IMG/VR virus record: IMGVR_UViG_3300035698_024280
Length of the DNA: 64,000 bases
Source: a virus
Direction: 5' to 3' (one strand)
The notes under the pieces are model-generated. The model was given only the letters and a program-made list of their open reading frames with translations, searched no databases and was not told where the DNA came from. The position numbers were made by a program, and so were the translations under genes. How positions within the stretch are numbered: the stretch's first letter is position 1; each line of letters begins with the position of its first letter. Shown in pieces: positions 49,650 through 59,059 of the stretch.

Positions 49650-50377
49650 GATATAACTGATGTAACTATATATTGAAGCCTCGTAGACCCAACATTAATA
49701 TCAAATTTTGCGATGCCATACTCATTATTAATACAAACCGTCGCTGGTTGTCTAAGGGTCGAGAATGAGCGGATTGCATCTAACATTAACGGTATAGGTG
49801 TTGTAATCTCATTACCTGTATGACCTTCGATGAGGCAAAATGAAAACATATCACTATTATCAATTGTCCTGTCTGTTAACTCGGCGTATATATTTTGATC
49901 TTTCGAGTAAAAATAAACTTTATTTGCATCTCCTGCTACCGTAGAGCTTTTAACTATCTGGTTAATAAGTTCCGCACTAATCTCAAATTCTACATCATAT
50001 TTAAATGCGTTAATCTTATCTATGTTGAGCTTTGGTATGGATAAAATACCATCCTCATATAAGTGGTATTTAAATTTAAATAAATTTGATTTATACTGCA
50101 GATTATTGGTATTAATAATTAAATTAATTTCATTACCTTCAATCAGCTTAAGAGAATTAACAAGTTTATCTACGCTAGGTACATTGATTGTAATATCCTC
50201 ATCATCTGTAACTCCGGTTAAATGCCTTGTGTATAGTATCGTTGAGTTATCGACAGAAGACACAATACATTGCATCTCTCCGTTCTTATTATTAAATACA
50301 GCAGTTTCAGAAAATTGTGTTATAGGCTTTAAAAAATCTCTAATGAATGTCTCTTTATCGTTAATTTTTAAATTCAT
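49646..50377 (-). CDS. gp45: Sliding clamp, T4 gp45/PCNA-like
   Basis: 243 aa two-domain beta/alpha pattern, FKYHLYEDGI interdomain region; replication-module context. Confidence 0.8.
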   Translation of the reverse strand: MNLKINDKETFIRDFLKPITQFSETAVFNNKNGEMQCIVSSVDNSTILYTRHLTGVTDDEDITINVPSVDKLVNSLKLIEGNEINLIINTNNLQYKSNLFKFKYHLYEDGILSIPKLNIDKINAFKYDVEFEISAELINQIVKSSTVAGDANKVYFYSKDQNIYAELTDRTIDNSDMFSFCLIEGHTGNEITTPIPLMLDAIRSFSTLRQPATVCINNEYGIAKFDINVGSTRLQYIVTSVIS

Positions 50378-50380
50378 ATA

Positions 50381-51067
50381 TTACCAGTTTGTTATCATTT
50401 TTTCGGAATCCTGAATTCGAACATCTTTAGGTGTTGCCTCTTTAGGTGTTGGAGCTTTAGGTGTTGGAGCTTTATTAGATTTTTTCTTTTGTGCTCGCTT
50501 TGTTTTAGCTCTTTTTCTCGCTGAGTCTGACAATTCTTTCTTTTTATTAAGTAATATATCTAGAGACCCTTTAATATACTTTAATTCTAATTTTAATTGA
50601 TTAATTTCGCTTATTAAAATTTTAGTTTGAGCTGAGGGCTCAGTAAATTCAAACTCTAGCTGATTCTCCCCACTTATAGTTGGTGGTATAGCAGTCCCTT
50701 TATCTAAATCTAAATTAGGCCTTCGTATGGCAGTACCACTACCTAAATCGGGTATTGTTATATTATTACCACTACCTAAATCGGGCATTGGTATATTATT
50801 ACCACCATCTAAGTTATCTGATGGGTCATATTGATGTGGTGGAACTATAGGGGCATTAACTTCATCTATAGCGCTATATGTCGGTGTATTATAATTAGGA
50901 TTTCCAAATTTAGTATCTATATCATTCGCAGCTTTAGCTATAATAGCTTCTGAATTCTGCTTAGATGTAGGTACTACTGTAGATTTATCTAACTCGGCGG
51001 ATCTACTCATAAAGGCCCCTAGAAAATTTGCTAGGGCCCTTTTATCGTTTTCTTTATTATTAGTCAT
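50381..51067 (-). CDS. Hypothetical Pro-rich protein with internal repeats and basic tail
   Basis: 11-aa and 5-aa repeats; Lys-rich C-terminus. Confidence 0.6.
   Translation of the reverse strand: MTNNKENDKRALANFLGAFMSRSAELDKSTVVPTSKQNSEAIIAKAANDIDTKFGNPNYNTPTYSAIDEVNAPIVPPHQYDPSDNLDGGNNIPMPDLGSGNNITIPDLGSGTAIRRPNLDLDKGTAIPPTISGENQLEFEFTEPSAQTKILISEINQLKLELKYIKGSLDILLNKKKELSDSARKRAKTKRAQKKKSNKAPTPKAPTPKEATPKDVRIQDSEKMITNW
50425..50469 (-). repeat. 3 x 15-nt tandem repeat (APTPK/APTPK/EATPK)
   Basis: ctttaggtgttgcct ctttaggtgttggag ctttaggtgttggag. Confidence 0.9.
50734..50799 (-). repeat. 2 x 33-nt tandem repeat (NNIPMPDLGSG/NNITIPDLGSG)
   Basis: taccactacctaaatcggg(t/c)att... repeats with period 33. 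Confidence 0.85.
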
Positions 51068-51953
51068 CGTTTAAGCTTGCAAGCAATTTTGCTACTTCAG
51101 GGGGAAGCTCTTCATCTTCTGGTTGCTCAGGTGGCGCTGCATCAGCGACTTGTGAATTTGCAATTGCTGAATCCACTATAGAAGCGTTTGGTGTATCTGA
51201 CTGACCTGGCGATGCAGGCTGATCAGGTTGATCTTCGGTATTATTGCTACCACTAACCAAAAAATGCTCAGTCCACATAGCCTCAAGATCTTCAAACGAT
51301 TTAATCTGGAATACGGATGAGAGATCAAACCCTCCCCCATAAATTTTTTCTATTTGATCGTCTGAGAGTTTTAAATCACCATCCGCAGTTGTAAATCTAG
51401 ATGAAACGTAAGTTGGATATTCTCCTTGCTTCTCTACTTTTATTTTAAAGTTACAACCGTCGGGCGATAAATCAAATATTCTACCACCGAATTCAACAGA
51501 ATCTTCACCATCAATCGCCTCACGAATGATCTTATCTACCTGCTTACCATATCTGAGCATTTTTACTTTCCCATTATTATCAGCATCAGTAGGATCATCA
51601 ACAATATAAGCGTTAATAAGCCATTTTTCACCCCGCTTAACTTTTGTGACTTTTGCCTTATCAGATTCCGAACCGTGCTTATAAATTTTAAAGCGATTCT
51701 CTAAAATAGGGTCCCGCTCCTCAAAAGTAGTAGGTGATACGTATTGTACATATTGCCCAGTAGCAAATGATTCCCACCCTACATTAAAATATCTGTAAAA
51801 TGTATCAGATGGGGTCTCAACATTAGGTAGTAGCCTAACGGTATATGTATTACCTGGCTTCATTGTTAATATATCGCTAAAGTTACTCTTGGACTCTTGA
51901 GATGCAAGGGCCCCCTTTATGCTATCGAACATGGATGAATTGAATTGCTTCAT
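51060..51953 (-). CDS. gp32: Single-stranded DNA-binding protein gp32
   Basis: VRLLP, NGKV....YGK...K.I, FDLSPDG.NFKIK, YP.Y..S.F; acidic tail ending LLASLNDD. Confidence 0.9.
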   Translation of the reverse strand: MKQFNSSMFDSIKGALASQESKSNFSDILTMKPGNTYTVRLLPNVETPSDTFYRYFNVGWESFATGQYVQYVSPTTFEERDPILENRFKIYKHGSESDKAKVTKVKRGEKWLINAYIVDDPTDADNNGKVKMLRYGKQVDKIIREAIDGEDSVEFGGRIFDLSPDGCNFKIKVEKQGEYPTYVSSRFTTADGDLKLSDDQIEKIYGGGFDLSSVFQIKSFEDLEAMWTEHFLVSGSNNTEDQPDQPASPGQSDTPNASIVDSAIANSQVADAAPPEQPEDEELPPEVAKLLASLNDD

Positions 51954-51959
51954 ATTATA

Positions 51960-51987
51960 ATTATAATTGCTTTTATGTGGTTATCAA
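51960..51987 (-). promoter_or_regulatory. Sigma70-like promoter TTGATA-N16-TATAAT
   Basis: -10 ends 6 nt before the gp32 ATG. Confidence 0.7.
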
Positions 51988-52629
51988 CTTTTTAAGTATC
52001 AGTTTTATTGTTTTTTTTGCTATTTTGTTGTTTAAATATTTAAATCTACATACTTCAATTCGATCGAAGAAGTCGTCGCCAAACATAAGACGCACTACCT
52101 CTATATCGCATCGTTGTATCATCTTACTAAATTCGTTAAACTCTAGTAGGGCATATATCCATACTCGCCTCTCTTTGATGTGCTTAATAGTAGTTGGTAT
52201 AGTTCCAGACATCTCATTAAAGTAATCACTAACAGTTATTTTATGTTCCATACAGTATTTATTAATAAATCTAAGAGATGAAATTACTCTCTCTAAAATC
52301 TCAGGAGCATCTGGTGGTAATGATTCTAAATACTTCATATACCTCATATATGAATTCATGGACTTCATTGAGGCAAAATATTCCAAATTTATTCGAATTG
52401 ATCTATCTTCATAAAATGGGGCATAAAAAAAGTCGGATAGAGATATCCAGGGAAACTGAGTCAATTTTAAGGAAATCTTACGACAATACATTAGATTAAC
52501 TTCCGGGAATTTATCGAAATTTAATCTGGGTCTCCAGGGCTTATTTTGTACACCTCTAGTAGTTGATAAATATGTATTATAAATTTGTTTCTCAAAATTT
52601 GTTATTTTATCACCAGTTCCTGCGGACAT
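51973..52629 (-). CDS. Helicase loader gp59-like (putative)
   Basis: 218 aa, basic, immediately upstream of gp32 as in T4; IYNTYL...FDKF...KIS.K...FFY pattern. Confidence 0.5.
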   Translation of the reverse strand: MSAGTGDKITNFEKQIYNTYLSTTRGVQNKPWRPRLNFDKFPEVNLMYCRKISLKLTQFPWISLSDFFYAPFYEDRSIRINLEYFASMKSMNSYMRYMKYLESLPPDAPEILERVISSLRFINKYCMEHKITVSDYFNEMSGTIPTTIKHIKERRVWIYALLEFNEFSKMIQRCDIEVVRLMFGDDFFDRIEVCRFKYLNNKIAKKTIKLILKKLITT

Positions 52630-52901
52630 TTATTCAGATATTTTGAAATATATTTACTTTTAGATAAAGAGGGATCGTATTGTATGAATCTCTTAAATGT
52701 ATCATAGTTAGTATCAATTCCAGTCATGGCTTGGAATAACGTTCTATAATTCTTATTCTCTAATAATAATAGGAATATATTTGGAAGATTCAACTTTTTA
52801 TTATGTAAAATACAAACAAAACTGCAGAAGCATAAGAGTTGGTGATCACTCTCAGCGAAGTTAATACTGTCTATCGGATTAAATGTATTTCTTGGAATCA
52901 T
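52602..52901 (-). CDS. Hypothetical protein
   Basis: 99 aa, overlapping neighbours. Confidence 0.55.
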   Translation of the reverse strand: MIPRNTFNPIDSINFAESDHQLLCFCSFVCILHNKKLNLPNIFLLLLENKNYRTLFQAMTGIDTNYDTFKRFIQYDPSLSKSKYISKYLNKCPQELVIK

Positions 52902-53770
52902 ATCGGTTTAAGTGTTTTACAAAAGGTAAAAAATGTATCGGTTAAAGTGCCTCCGGCGGCGGCCTCATGCCCCCCTCCTGCTGCTAATTTACTAGCTAAT
53001 TTATTAACTGGTATGTTACATTCTTTAGATCTTCTAAATGATACAGTCCCAGAATTTGGGTTAACTACTATACCAATATCAGCAGAATGGGTTTCAATTA
53101 TATTATGCGCCACATCATTAAGACCGAATGATGCAACTGTTGAAACTACCTTTACATTTTCGTCACCTATAGTTACTTGACCGGTATGTATTTCTAGCCC
53201 CTCAATAGTCTCTTTTAGCTTTACATTATAAAAATTAATTATATTACTATGGGTATATGTAAATCCGGTAAATCCATTATAGAAAGCATCAGCAAATTTC
53301 TGAACGCGATTGCCAGAAAATCCCCAAAACAATTTATTTAGATCTGCGGATAGTTCATATTTTAATTGATAGCTATCATAATCATCAACTAGCTCAATAA
53401 GTAGCTTCTGCTCTTTAAACAGAGATAATGAATCTTTAAAAAACTCGTATATTAGCTTAGTTGTGGATCCTGCCTCTTTTATTATAGTTTGGGCCTTTTT
53501 ATATTTACCGACATGCTCCATATGACTATCGTGATGGTCAAATATAAATATATTATGCTGGTCGACTAGATCCATACACCCACTAACATCCATATCACAT
53601 ATAAATATTTTATTATATTTATGGCCTTCATGATTATACCAACTTTTAAAATCTCTCTCAAAAGTCTTACAAGTAGTTACCTTGGTGGGTGCTGATTTTC
53701 CCATAACCCAGGAGAGCATTAAGCTCGCTCCAGCACCATCTAAATCTGCGTCCGTCCAAACAAATATCAT
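52898..53770 (-). CDS. DHH/DHHA1 phosphoesterase
   Basis: WTDADLDGAG, ICDMD, FDHHDS, DDYD, GGGHEAAAG. Confidence 0.9.
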   Translation of the reverse strand: MIFVWTDADLDGAGASLMLSWVMGKSAPTKVTTCKTFERDFKSWYNHEGHKYNKIFICDMDVSGCMDLVDQHNIFIFDHHDSHMEHVGKYKKAQTIIKEAGSTTKLIYEFFKDSLSLFKEQKLLIELVDDYDSYQLKYELSADLNKLFWGFSGNRVQKFADAFYNGFTGFTYTHSNIINFYNVKLKETIEGLEIHTGQVTIGDENVKVVSTVASFGLNDVAHNIIETHSADIGIVVNPNSGTVSFRRSKECNIPVNKLASKLAAGGGHEAAAGGTLTDTFFTFCKTLKPI

Positions 53771-53801
53771 TATAAATTATTTATATATACATCCTAAAAA
53801 A

Positions 53802-55133
53802 TCAACTATCTGCTAACATTTTAAAGCTATTATATATATCATTTTCTTCGCCATCAATAGGTAGCAAATCTGAGTCGACTAACTCACTAAGAGTTAGTGT
53901 AGTGTAGTCAATTTTAAATCGAGACGATCCGATTGCTCTACCAAATCGGTTTTTCATTACCCCGACATGTATAGTTTCATATTCAACATCTTCTTCATCC
54001 TGCCATAAGCTAGCTATAAAATCTGAAGTGGCTGCAACCCCTACTGATTCAGATAAACTATTCATACCTGGTTTTTCCTCATCCATCCCCCCTCGGTTTA
54101 ATTGTGTAGCTGTAATAATAGGGCATTCGTAAATATAACTCATCGCTCGAAGCTGTTCAATTATATCTTTAACTCTCTCATATGAATTAGAGCCGTTAGT
54201 AGAGTGGAGTAAATTTAGATAGTCAACTACAATAGCATCAAAGTTGATGCCAGTAGATTCCATTTTTTTAACAAATGCAGATAACTGTTTTGTTGTTACA
54301 GTTGATGGGGGAAATTCTTTTATAAATATTCGACGATCTGGATGACTCTCATTTATTTTATTTATCTCTCTTTGCATTGCGGTCGTCGAACTTGGTAGTT
54401 CTGATATAGGTATTGCTGTAATATTAGAACACATTCTTTTTGCATATACCATTTCCGACATTTCTAACGTAACAACTAAAACGTTTTTATTTTTAGTAGA
54501 TATATTATTAGCTATGTTGCCTAAGAATATGCTCTTACCTACATTAGGTCTACCTGCAAAAACATATATAGCACGACCCACTTTTTGAAAACCTCCCCCT
54601 AGCATCTCATCCATCCAATCCCACCCAGAAGATATTACTGGGTCTTTCTTTGTAAGATCTTCTGCAATTTTATCAATATCACCAAATACTTCAATGCCGT
54701 GATCAGTAATAAGATTTATATTACACGCGTCTTCAAATTTTGTAAGTATGAGTGATGTATCTGCATCACCATCACTTATAGTTTTTGCAGTTTCAAGTAG
54801 GGTATTATAAACTCTACGTTCTTTAATAAATTGTTCTGTATTTCTTATGAGCTCTTCATTATTGAATTTTACATCTACATCCTTAACTTGCTCTATAGCA
54901 GATTTAAAGGATTTAATAAGCTCTTCGGTAGTAAGTAGAGTTTTTACTTCGGTTAGACTAGGGCAAGTATTATTCCTATCATGAAAATCAGATATAACCC
55001 CTATAATGTCACTAATATGCCGATCTTCAAAAATATCTGGAGTTATAAAGTCTATGACTGCAGCCAAATAACCCTCGTTAGTTAGAGCTCTGAAGAGAAT
55101 AACTCTCTCCATAAAATTATGATCAATCTTCAT
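53802..55133 (-). CDS. gp41: Replicative helicase, T4 gp41/DnaB-like
   Basis: AGRPNVGKSIFL.NIA, TLEMSE, IKEFP, VDYLNL, TATQLNR.G, SES.G...T.DF, MKNRFG. Confidence 0.95.
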   Translation of the reverse strand: MKIDHNFMERVILFRALTNEGYLAAVIDFITPDIFEDRHISDIIGVISDFHDRNNTCPSLTEVKTLLTTEELIKSFKSAIEQVKDVDVKFNNEELIRNTEQFIKERRVYNTLLETAKTISDGDADTSLILTKFEDACNINLITDHGIEVFGDIDKIAEDLTKKDPVISSGWDWMDEMLGGGFQKVGRAIYVFAGRPNVGKSIFLGNIANNISTKNKNVLVVTLEMSEMVYAKRMCSNITAIPISELPSSTTAMQREINKINESHPDRRIFIKEFPPSTVTTKQLSAFVKKMESTGINFDAIVVDYLNLLHSTNGSNSYERVKDIIEQLRAMSYIYECPIITATQLNRGGMDEEKPGMNSLSESVGVAATSDFIASLWQDEEDVEYETIHVGVMKNRFGRAIGSSRFKIDYTTLTLSELVDSDLLPIDGEENDIYNSFKMLADS

Positions 55134-55139
55134 ATGTAT

Positions 55140-55168
55140 ATTATATGATATACTATTGTATAAATCAA
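55140..55168 (-). promoter_or_regulatory. Sigma70-like promoter TTGATT-N17-TATAAT
   Basis: Near-consensus; -10 ends 6 nt before the gp41 ATG. Confidence 0.8.
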
Positions 55169-55172
55169 TTTT

Positions 55173-55862
55173 TTAACCCCACTTAGTCAAAAACCATTTT
55201 TTACCGTTTTCAAACTCAGTAGTAATTTTAGATAAGCCTGCAGATTTATGTATTATTGGTATATCACATACCCCTATCTTTAAACCTGCTTTATTGCAAT
55301 CCAAACAAAATGCTAAATCGTAAAAATGAAATTTAGCTGGATTGGATTCATCAAATCTAACTCGTTTTAATGATGATTTAGTAGCAGCAATAAATACACC
55401 ATCTATTAGTGTTGCTCTTTGGTTTAAATTTCCGAAAGTAGTCATATTATAAGGCTCATGTTCATAAGGGTTGGGGTTTGAACTATGAGCAACACACCCT
55501 AACAAGCTTTCTCTCGGAGCCATTAAATGCCATAGTCCAGGCTCTTTAATCTCTGCAGTAGCTGATCCAGCAACACCTACTATATCAAATTTAGCAAAAT
55601 AAAGGCCTAACTTATAGTGTATATCCTTACAGTTAAGATAAACATCATCATGTACAAATATAAATGCAGTATCATCTTCATATTTATCTAGAGATGTATC
55701 AATAAATTTATTATACTGAGTTGATAAACCTGATGTATTATGTGGTATTTTATAAATTTCATAATTTTCTATATTCAGGTCTTCAATACTCCTTTCAATT
55801 AATGTCGGGTTACTCTTATTATTTTTGGTACAGATAATAAACACTACTTTTGGTATCTTCAT
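55173..55862 (-). CDS. GT-A glycosyltransferase (GT2-like)
   Basis: FIICT, GLSTQYN, FIFVHDDV, DIVGVAG, LIDGVFIA, FDE...FHFYDL.FCL, IIHKS.G. Confidence 0.85.
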   Translation of the reverse strand: MKIPKVVFIICTKNNKSNPTLIERSIEDLNIENYEIYKIPHNTSGLSTQYNKFIDTSLDKYEDDTAFIFVHDDVYLNCKDIHYKLGLYFAKFDIVGVAGSATAEIKEPGLWHLMAPRESLLGCVAHSSNPNPYEHEPYNMTTFGNLNQRATLIDGVFIAATKSSLKRVRFDESNPAKFHFYDLAFCLDCNKAGLKIGVCDIPIIHKSAGLSKITTEFENGKKWFLTKWG

Positions 55863-55866
55863 AAAT

Positions 55867-56535
55867 TTATATTAATAGGTAGGGGCTATTTTGCTTAAAC
55901 TGCCCCACTAATATTGGTCCCTTGTTACTTAATTTAAATATCTTGCCTTCTGGGAGTTCATCCCAGCTGCCTCTACTGTCTGTTGAAGAAAAATTCCCAG
56001 ATTTATCAGTATATAATGTTGACCCTTGTCGACTAATATAAATTACACCTGATTTTTTATTAAATGCCCAGATTGCAAATGTACCTTCTAACTTAGATAG
56101 AGCAAGTTCTAACGATTTAACTTCAGTTATGCTATGGTCTCTTGCAGCTATCTTCTGAGCCATTAATGGTATTAATTTAGAATCAACTGTTACAGTATTA
56201 CTGCTATTATATTCCTCTATTATACTTTTATGGTTAGTTATTACTCCGTTATGAGCCACTACCCAATCTCCAACAGTAAAGGGGTGAGTGGATTGCTCAT
56301 CCCATGTCCTATTAATTCCGGTAGGTGCTTGCAGGTGACCTAAATATACTCCATAATCTACGTTCGTGAGGATTTTATCAATCTTACCAACGCCCTGCCA
56401 TTTTTCAATATTATAAATATGCTTATTGTTTAATATTGCGCCTAGATAGCTACCCGCCCAGGGCCCTCTAGAGTAATTGCATTCGTGCAATATTTCAAAC
56501 ATTGATTTATTAAAAGAGCCGTATATTGCGCACAT
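55867..56535 (-). CDS. Class II (Ntn) glutamine amidotransferase, stand-alone
   Basis: True start MCAIYG (N-terminal Cys) lies 5 nt after TATAAATA; RG, HLQAPT, HPF, AHNGVITN, VDS, LEGTFAIW. Confidence 0.85.
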   Translation of the reverse strand: MCAIYGSFNKSMFEILHECNYSRGPWAGSYLGAILNNKHIYNIEKWQGVGKIDKILTNVDYGVYLGHLQAPTGINRTWDEQSTHPFTVGDWVVAHNGVITNHKSIIEEYNSSNTVTVDSKLIPLMAQKIAARDHSITEVKSLELALSKLEGTFAIWAFNKKSGVIYISRQGSTLYTDKSGNFSSTDSRGSWDELPEGKIFKLSNKGPILVGQFKQNSPYLLI

Positions 56536-56612
56536 ATCTTTATTTATAACTATTATTAACATAATTATATACAATAGTATTAAAAAATCCACTCAGAGTA
56601 ATAAATATCTAT

Positions 56613-58379
56613 ATGATAAACTGGCAAGATGATATTTTTAATCTATATGTGGAGCAAAAGGGTAGAGTTGGTAGAGATTATACTATAGGTGGGAAAGTGC
56701 CGGAATTACAATCAGTAAAGAAGGATGTAAGAACAGCTGGAATGTCTGTACCTACTAGAGACGCTATGCTATTTATCACACATCTCTTAAATGTTGTTGG
56801 ATCTTTTGATGATGATCTTGCAACTACTATAGAGAGAACGCATAACTCTAAAGCTCGTGGAGAGCTACTAATGCAGGCATTAAATGACCATTCAGAAGAT
56901 ATTATATCGAAGAGAGATCAAATATCTGATAAATATCAAGGAGAATTTACAAAATTTATTAATAGGTCTGCTGTTAATCGCGGTAGGGGTGGTAAGGATA
57001 GTACAGGTAGAAAAGATCAATACCAAGCTCAAGCTGCCGCAAGGGACTTAGCTAAGCAGCAAAAAGCGCTGATGAAACAAATTAAGGTCAGTGGAGTAGA
57101 TACAAGTGTGGCTGATTCGATTGAAGATGCAGTATTAGACTCGATGGAAGCATCTAGGGATAGGACTCTAATATCTATACAGGTTAAAGATTTAGATAAG
57201 CAAGATAAACTAATAGAGGTTATTAAAAATATAGGTGTTGAAGAGGACAATATAGGCATTGATAGAATGGGAAATGGTAATGCTGTTATTGACTTCTTTC
57301 TACCAATCGGGGATCCAGCTGAGGTTCAATTTTCGTCGATGGAGCAGGAAGATTTAGACGAGCTGTTCGGTCAATTTAGCTCATCTGGTGTAGCGATGGT
57401 CGAAGTACTACCACCAGATAAAGAGATTGATAATGCTATATCGTCACTTGGTGATGAACTCCAGAAGAATAATAAACCTACCAGTGATGAAAGCGATGGG
57501 GAAGATGAAATTGAAGATATACCGGTTAGTAATATAGACGATATGGAGTTTGATCCTGAGACTTCTGGAGATGCGCAATTTGCAGATATAGAAGATACTA
57601 GAGATAATGAAGCTGATTCGGAAAATACAAATAGGGATGATTTAGATCAAGGCGATTCAGATGAATCAGAAGATCCAGATAGTGAGTATGATTATGATCC
57701 AATGGATCCAGACGGTGAGAATAACTGGGAGGATGAGGAGGATACATCTAATGCCACATGTGTAGATTGCGAAGGTAAAGGCTATAAAAATTATAAACAT
57801 CACGGAGAAATGGAATTTGATAATTGCAGATCCTGTAATGGTACAGGTATGCCGGGGAATAATCATATAGATTATAGGGATGAAGATCAAGAAGAAACAA
57901 CGGATACCTCCACGGAGGGCGATGAAGCTTGGGAGGCTGTAATTAGTAATGATAATGTATTCATAAATGTATATAAAAGATTTACTGGTACTGAGTGGGT
58001 TGCAGTAGTTAATAATCGCGATGCTAATACAGTGAGTCAGGATATAAATCCTGATAAAGAAACAGCTATAAAAAATGCTATTAGAGATTATACAGGAATG
58101 AAACATTCTACTGAAGTCCATAGTCGCGGGGATGAGGACATGCAGATGCTACATGGTGAGAGTCATAATAAAAATTTGTGCACTAAATGCGGATGTGATA
58201 TTGATGATCCTAACCCAGATTGTGAATGCGACCACAAGCATAAGGAAGAATCAGCTGATATTGATACTGTTGTAGAGTCGAGAATGTCTCCACAAGAAGC
58301 AAATAGATGGATGTTAAAACAGCGTTCAGATCGCATGAGAAATAACATGAAACATGACAATAGGTGGGGTCAAAGGTAA
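56613..58379 (+). CDS. Large acidic late protein with CxxCxGxG Zn-finger modules
   Basis: Asp/Glu-rich centre; CVDCEGKG...CRSCNGTG; CTKCGC; TAAATA 5 nt upstream. Confidence 0.6.
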   Translation: MINWQDDIFNLYVEQKGRVGRDYTIGGKVPELQSVKKDVRTAGMSVPTRDAMLFITHLLNVVGSFDDDLATTIERTHNSKARGELLMQALNDHSEDIISKRDQISDKYQGEFTKFINRSAVNRGRGGKDSTGRKDQYQAQAAARDLAKQQKALMKQIKVSGVDTSVADSIEDAVLDSMEASRDRTLISIQVKDLDKQDKLIEVIKNIGVEEDNIGIDRMGNGNAVIDFFLPIGDPAEVQFSSMEQEDLDELFGQFSSSGVAMVEVLPPDKEIDNAISSLGDELQKNNKPTSDESDGEDEIEDIPVSNIDDMEFDPETSGDAQFADIEDTRDNEADSENTNRDDLDQGDSDESEDPDSEYDYDPMDPDGENNWEDEEDTSNATCVDCEGKGYKNYKHHGEMEFDNCRSCNGTGMPGNNHIDYRDEDQEETTDTSTEGDEAWEAVISNDNVFINVYKRFTGTEWVAVVNNRDANTVSQDINPDKETAIKNAIRDYTGMKHSTEVHSRGDEDMQMLHGESHNKNLCTKCGCDIDDPNPDCECDHKHKEESADIDTVVESRMSPQEANRWMLKQRSDRMRNNMKHDNRWGQR

Positions 58380-58399
58380 TTTTTACACTAAATAATATA

Positions 58400-59059
58400 A
58401 TGAATGATAAAGAATTAATATACGAAAGCTATAAGTCTCTCAATCTAAAGCAGGTGATGCTGGAATCTGCTGCTGATACGTTTATAAGGAACTCTCAAAA
58501 TATTAATACAATTGAAGAGGCAAATGCAATATTAGAAATTCATAGAGAGTTAGTTTCAGAGGGGATACTAGGTGGCTTGAAGTCTATGGGGCAGCGGGCA
58601 GTAGCTGGCGCTTCAAAGGCTGGTGCAAACATTGCTGGTGCTGCAGGTCAAGCTGCTAGGACTGCAGGCGCAGTTGGTAGTGCAGTAGCTGGTCAGATCG
58701 GAGATAATGCAAAAAATATATACCAGTCTGGATCTGATGATCAGAGTGCTCAACAGGTAATTATAAAAGCAAATGCTGCTGCGCAAGAGCTTGCTAATTT
58801 AATAAATTCCGCGATTGAGAAATACCCCGATGTTTTTAGTGGTGGCTCTTTAGGCAGCGGCGGTGATGTTATGAGTCAACGCTTAGGTGATATTATTAAT
58901 CGCTTAGTAGATGTACAAAGTCAAACAAAAGCTAATATGGAAACATCCCAAAATAAAGGATATTTCGGTGGTGTAGGCGATGCTGCTAAAGCAGCTTATA
59001 ATGCACCTCCAGCGTCAGGTGGGATGCCTACATCAGGTAGACAGCCAACTACAACTTAA
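58400..59059 (+). CDS. Ala/Gly-rich late protein with N-terminal MNDKELIYESY tag (putative head/ejection protein)
   Basis: Start corrected to the ATG at 58400, 5 nt after TAAATA. Confidence 0.6.
   Translation: MNDKELIYESYKSLNLKQVMLESAADTFIRNSQNINTIEEANAILEIHRELVSEGILGGLKSMGQRAVAGASKAGANIAGAAGQAARTAGAVGSAVAGQIGDNAKNIYQSGSDDQSAQQVIIKANAAAQELANLINSAIEKYPDVFSGGSLGSGGDVMSQRLGDIINRLVDVQSQTKANMETSQNKGYFGGVGDAAKAAYNAPPASGGMPTSGRQPTTT

Noticed and set aside
8364-58360. Opposite-strand ORFs inside real genes (e.g. 8364-8783, 33324-33752, 42095-42652, 57666-58121, 50022-50414)
   Set aside because: Shadow frames with no motifs or promoter signals.
17760-58399. ORF-track N-terminal extensions (17760, 26596, 56592, 58364)
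   Set aside because: They overlap neighbouring genes or promoters. TAAATA spacing, the Ntn N-terminal Cys, or the position just after the upstream stop point to starts at 17985, 26677, 56535 and 58400.
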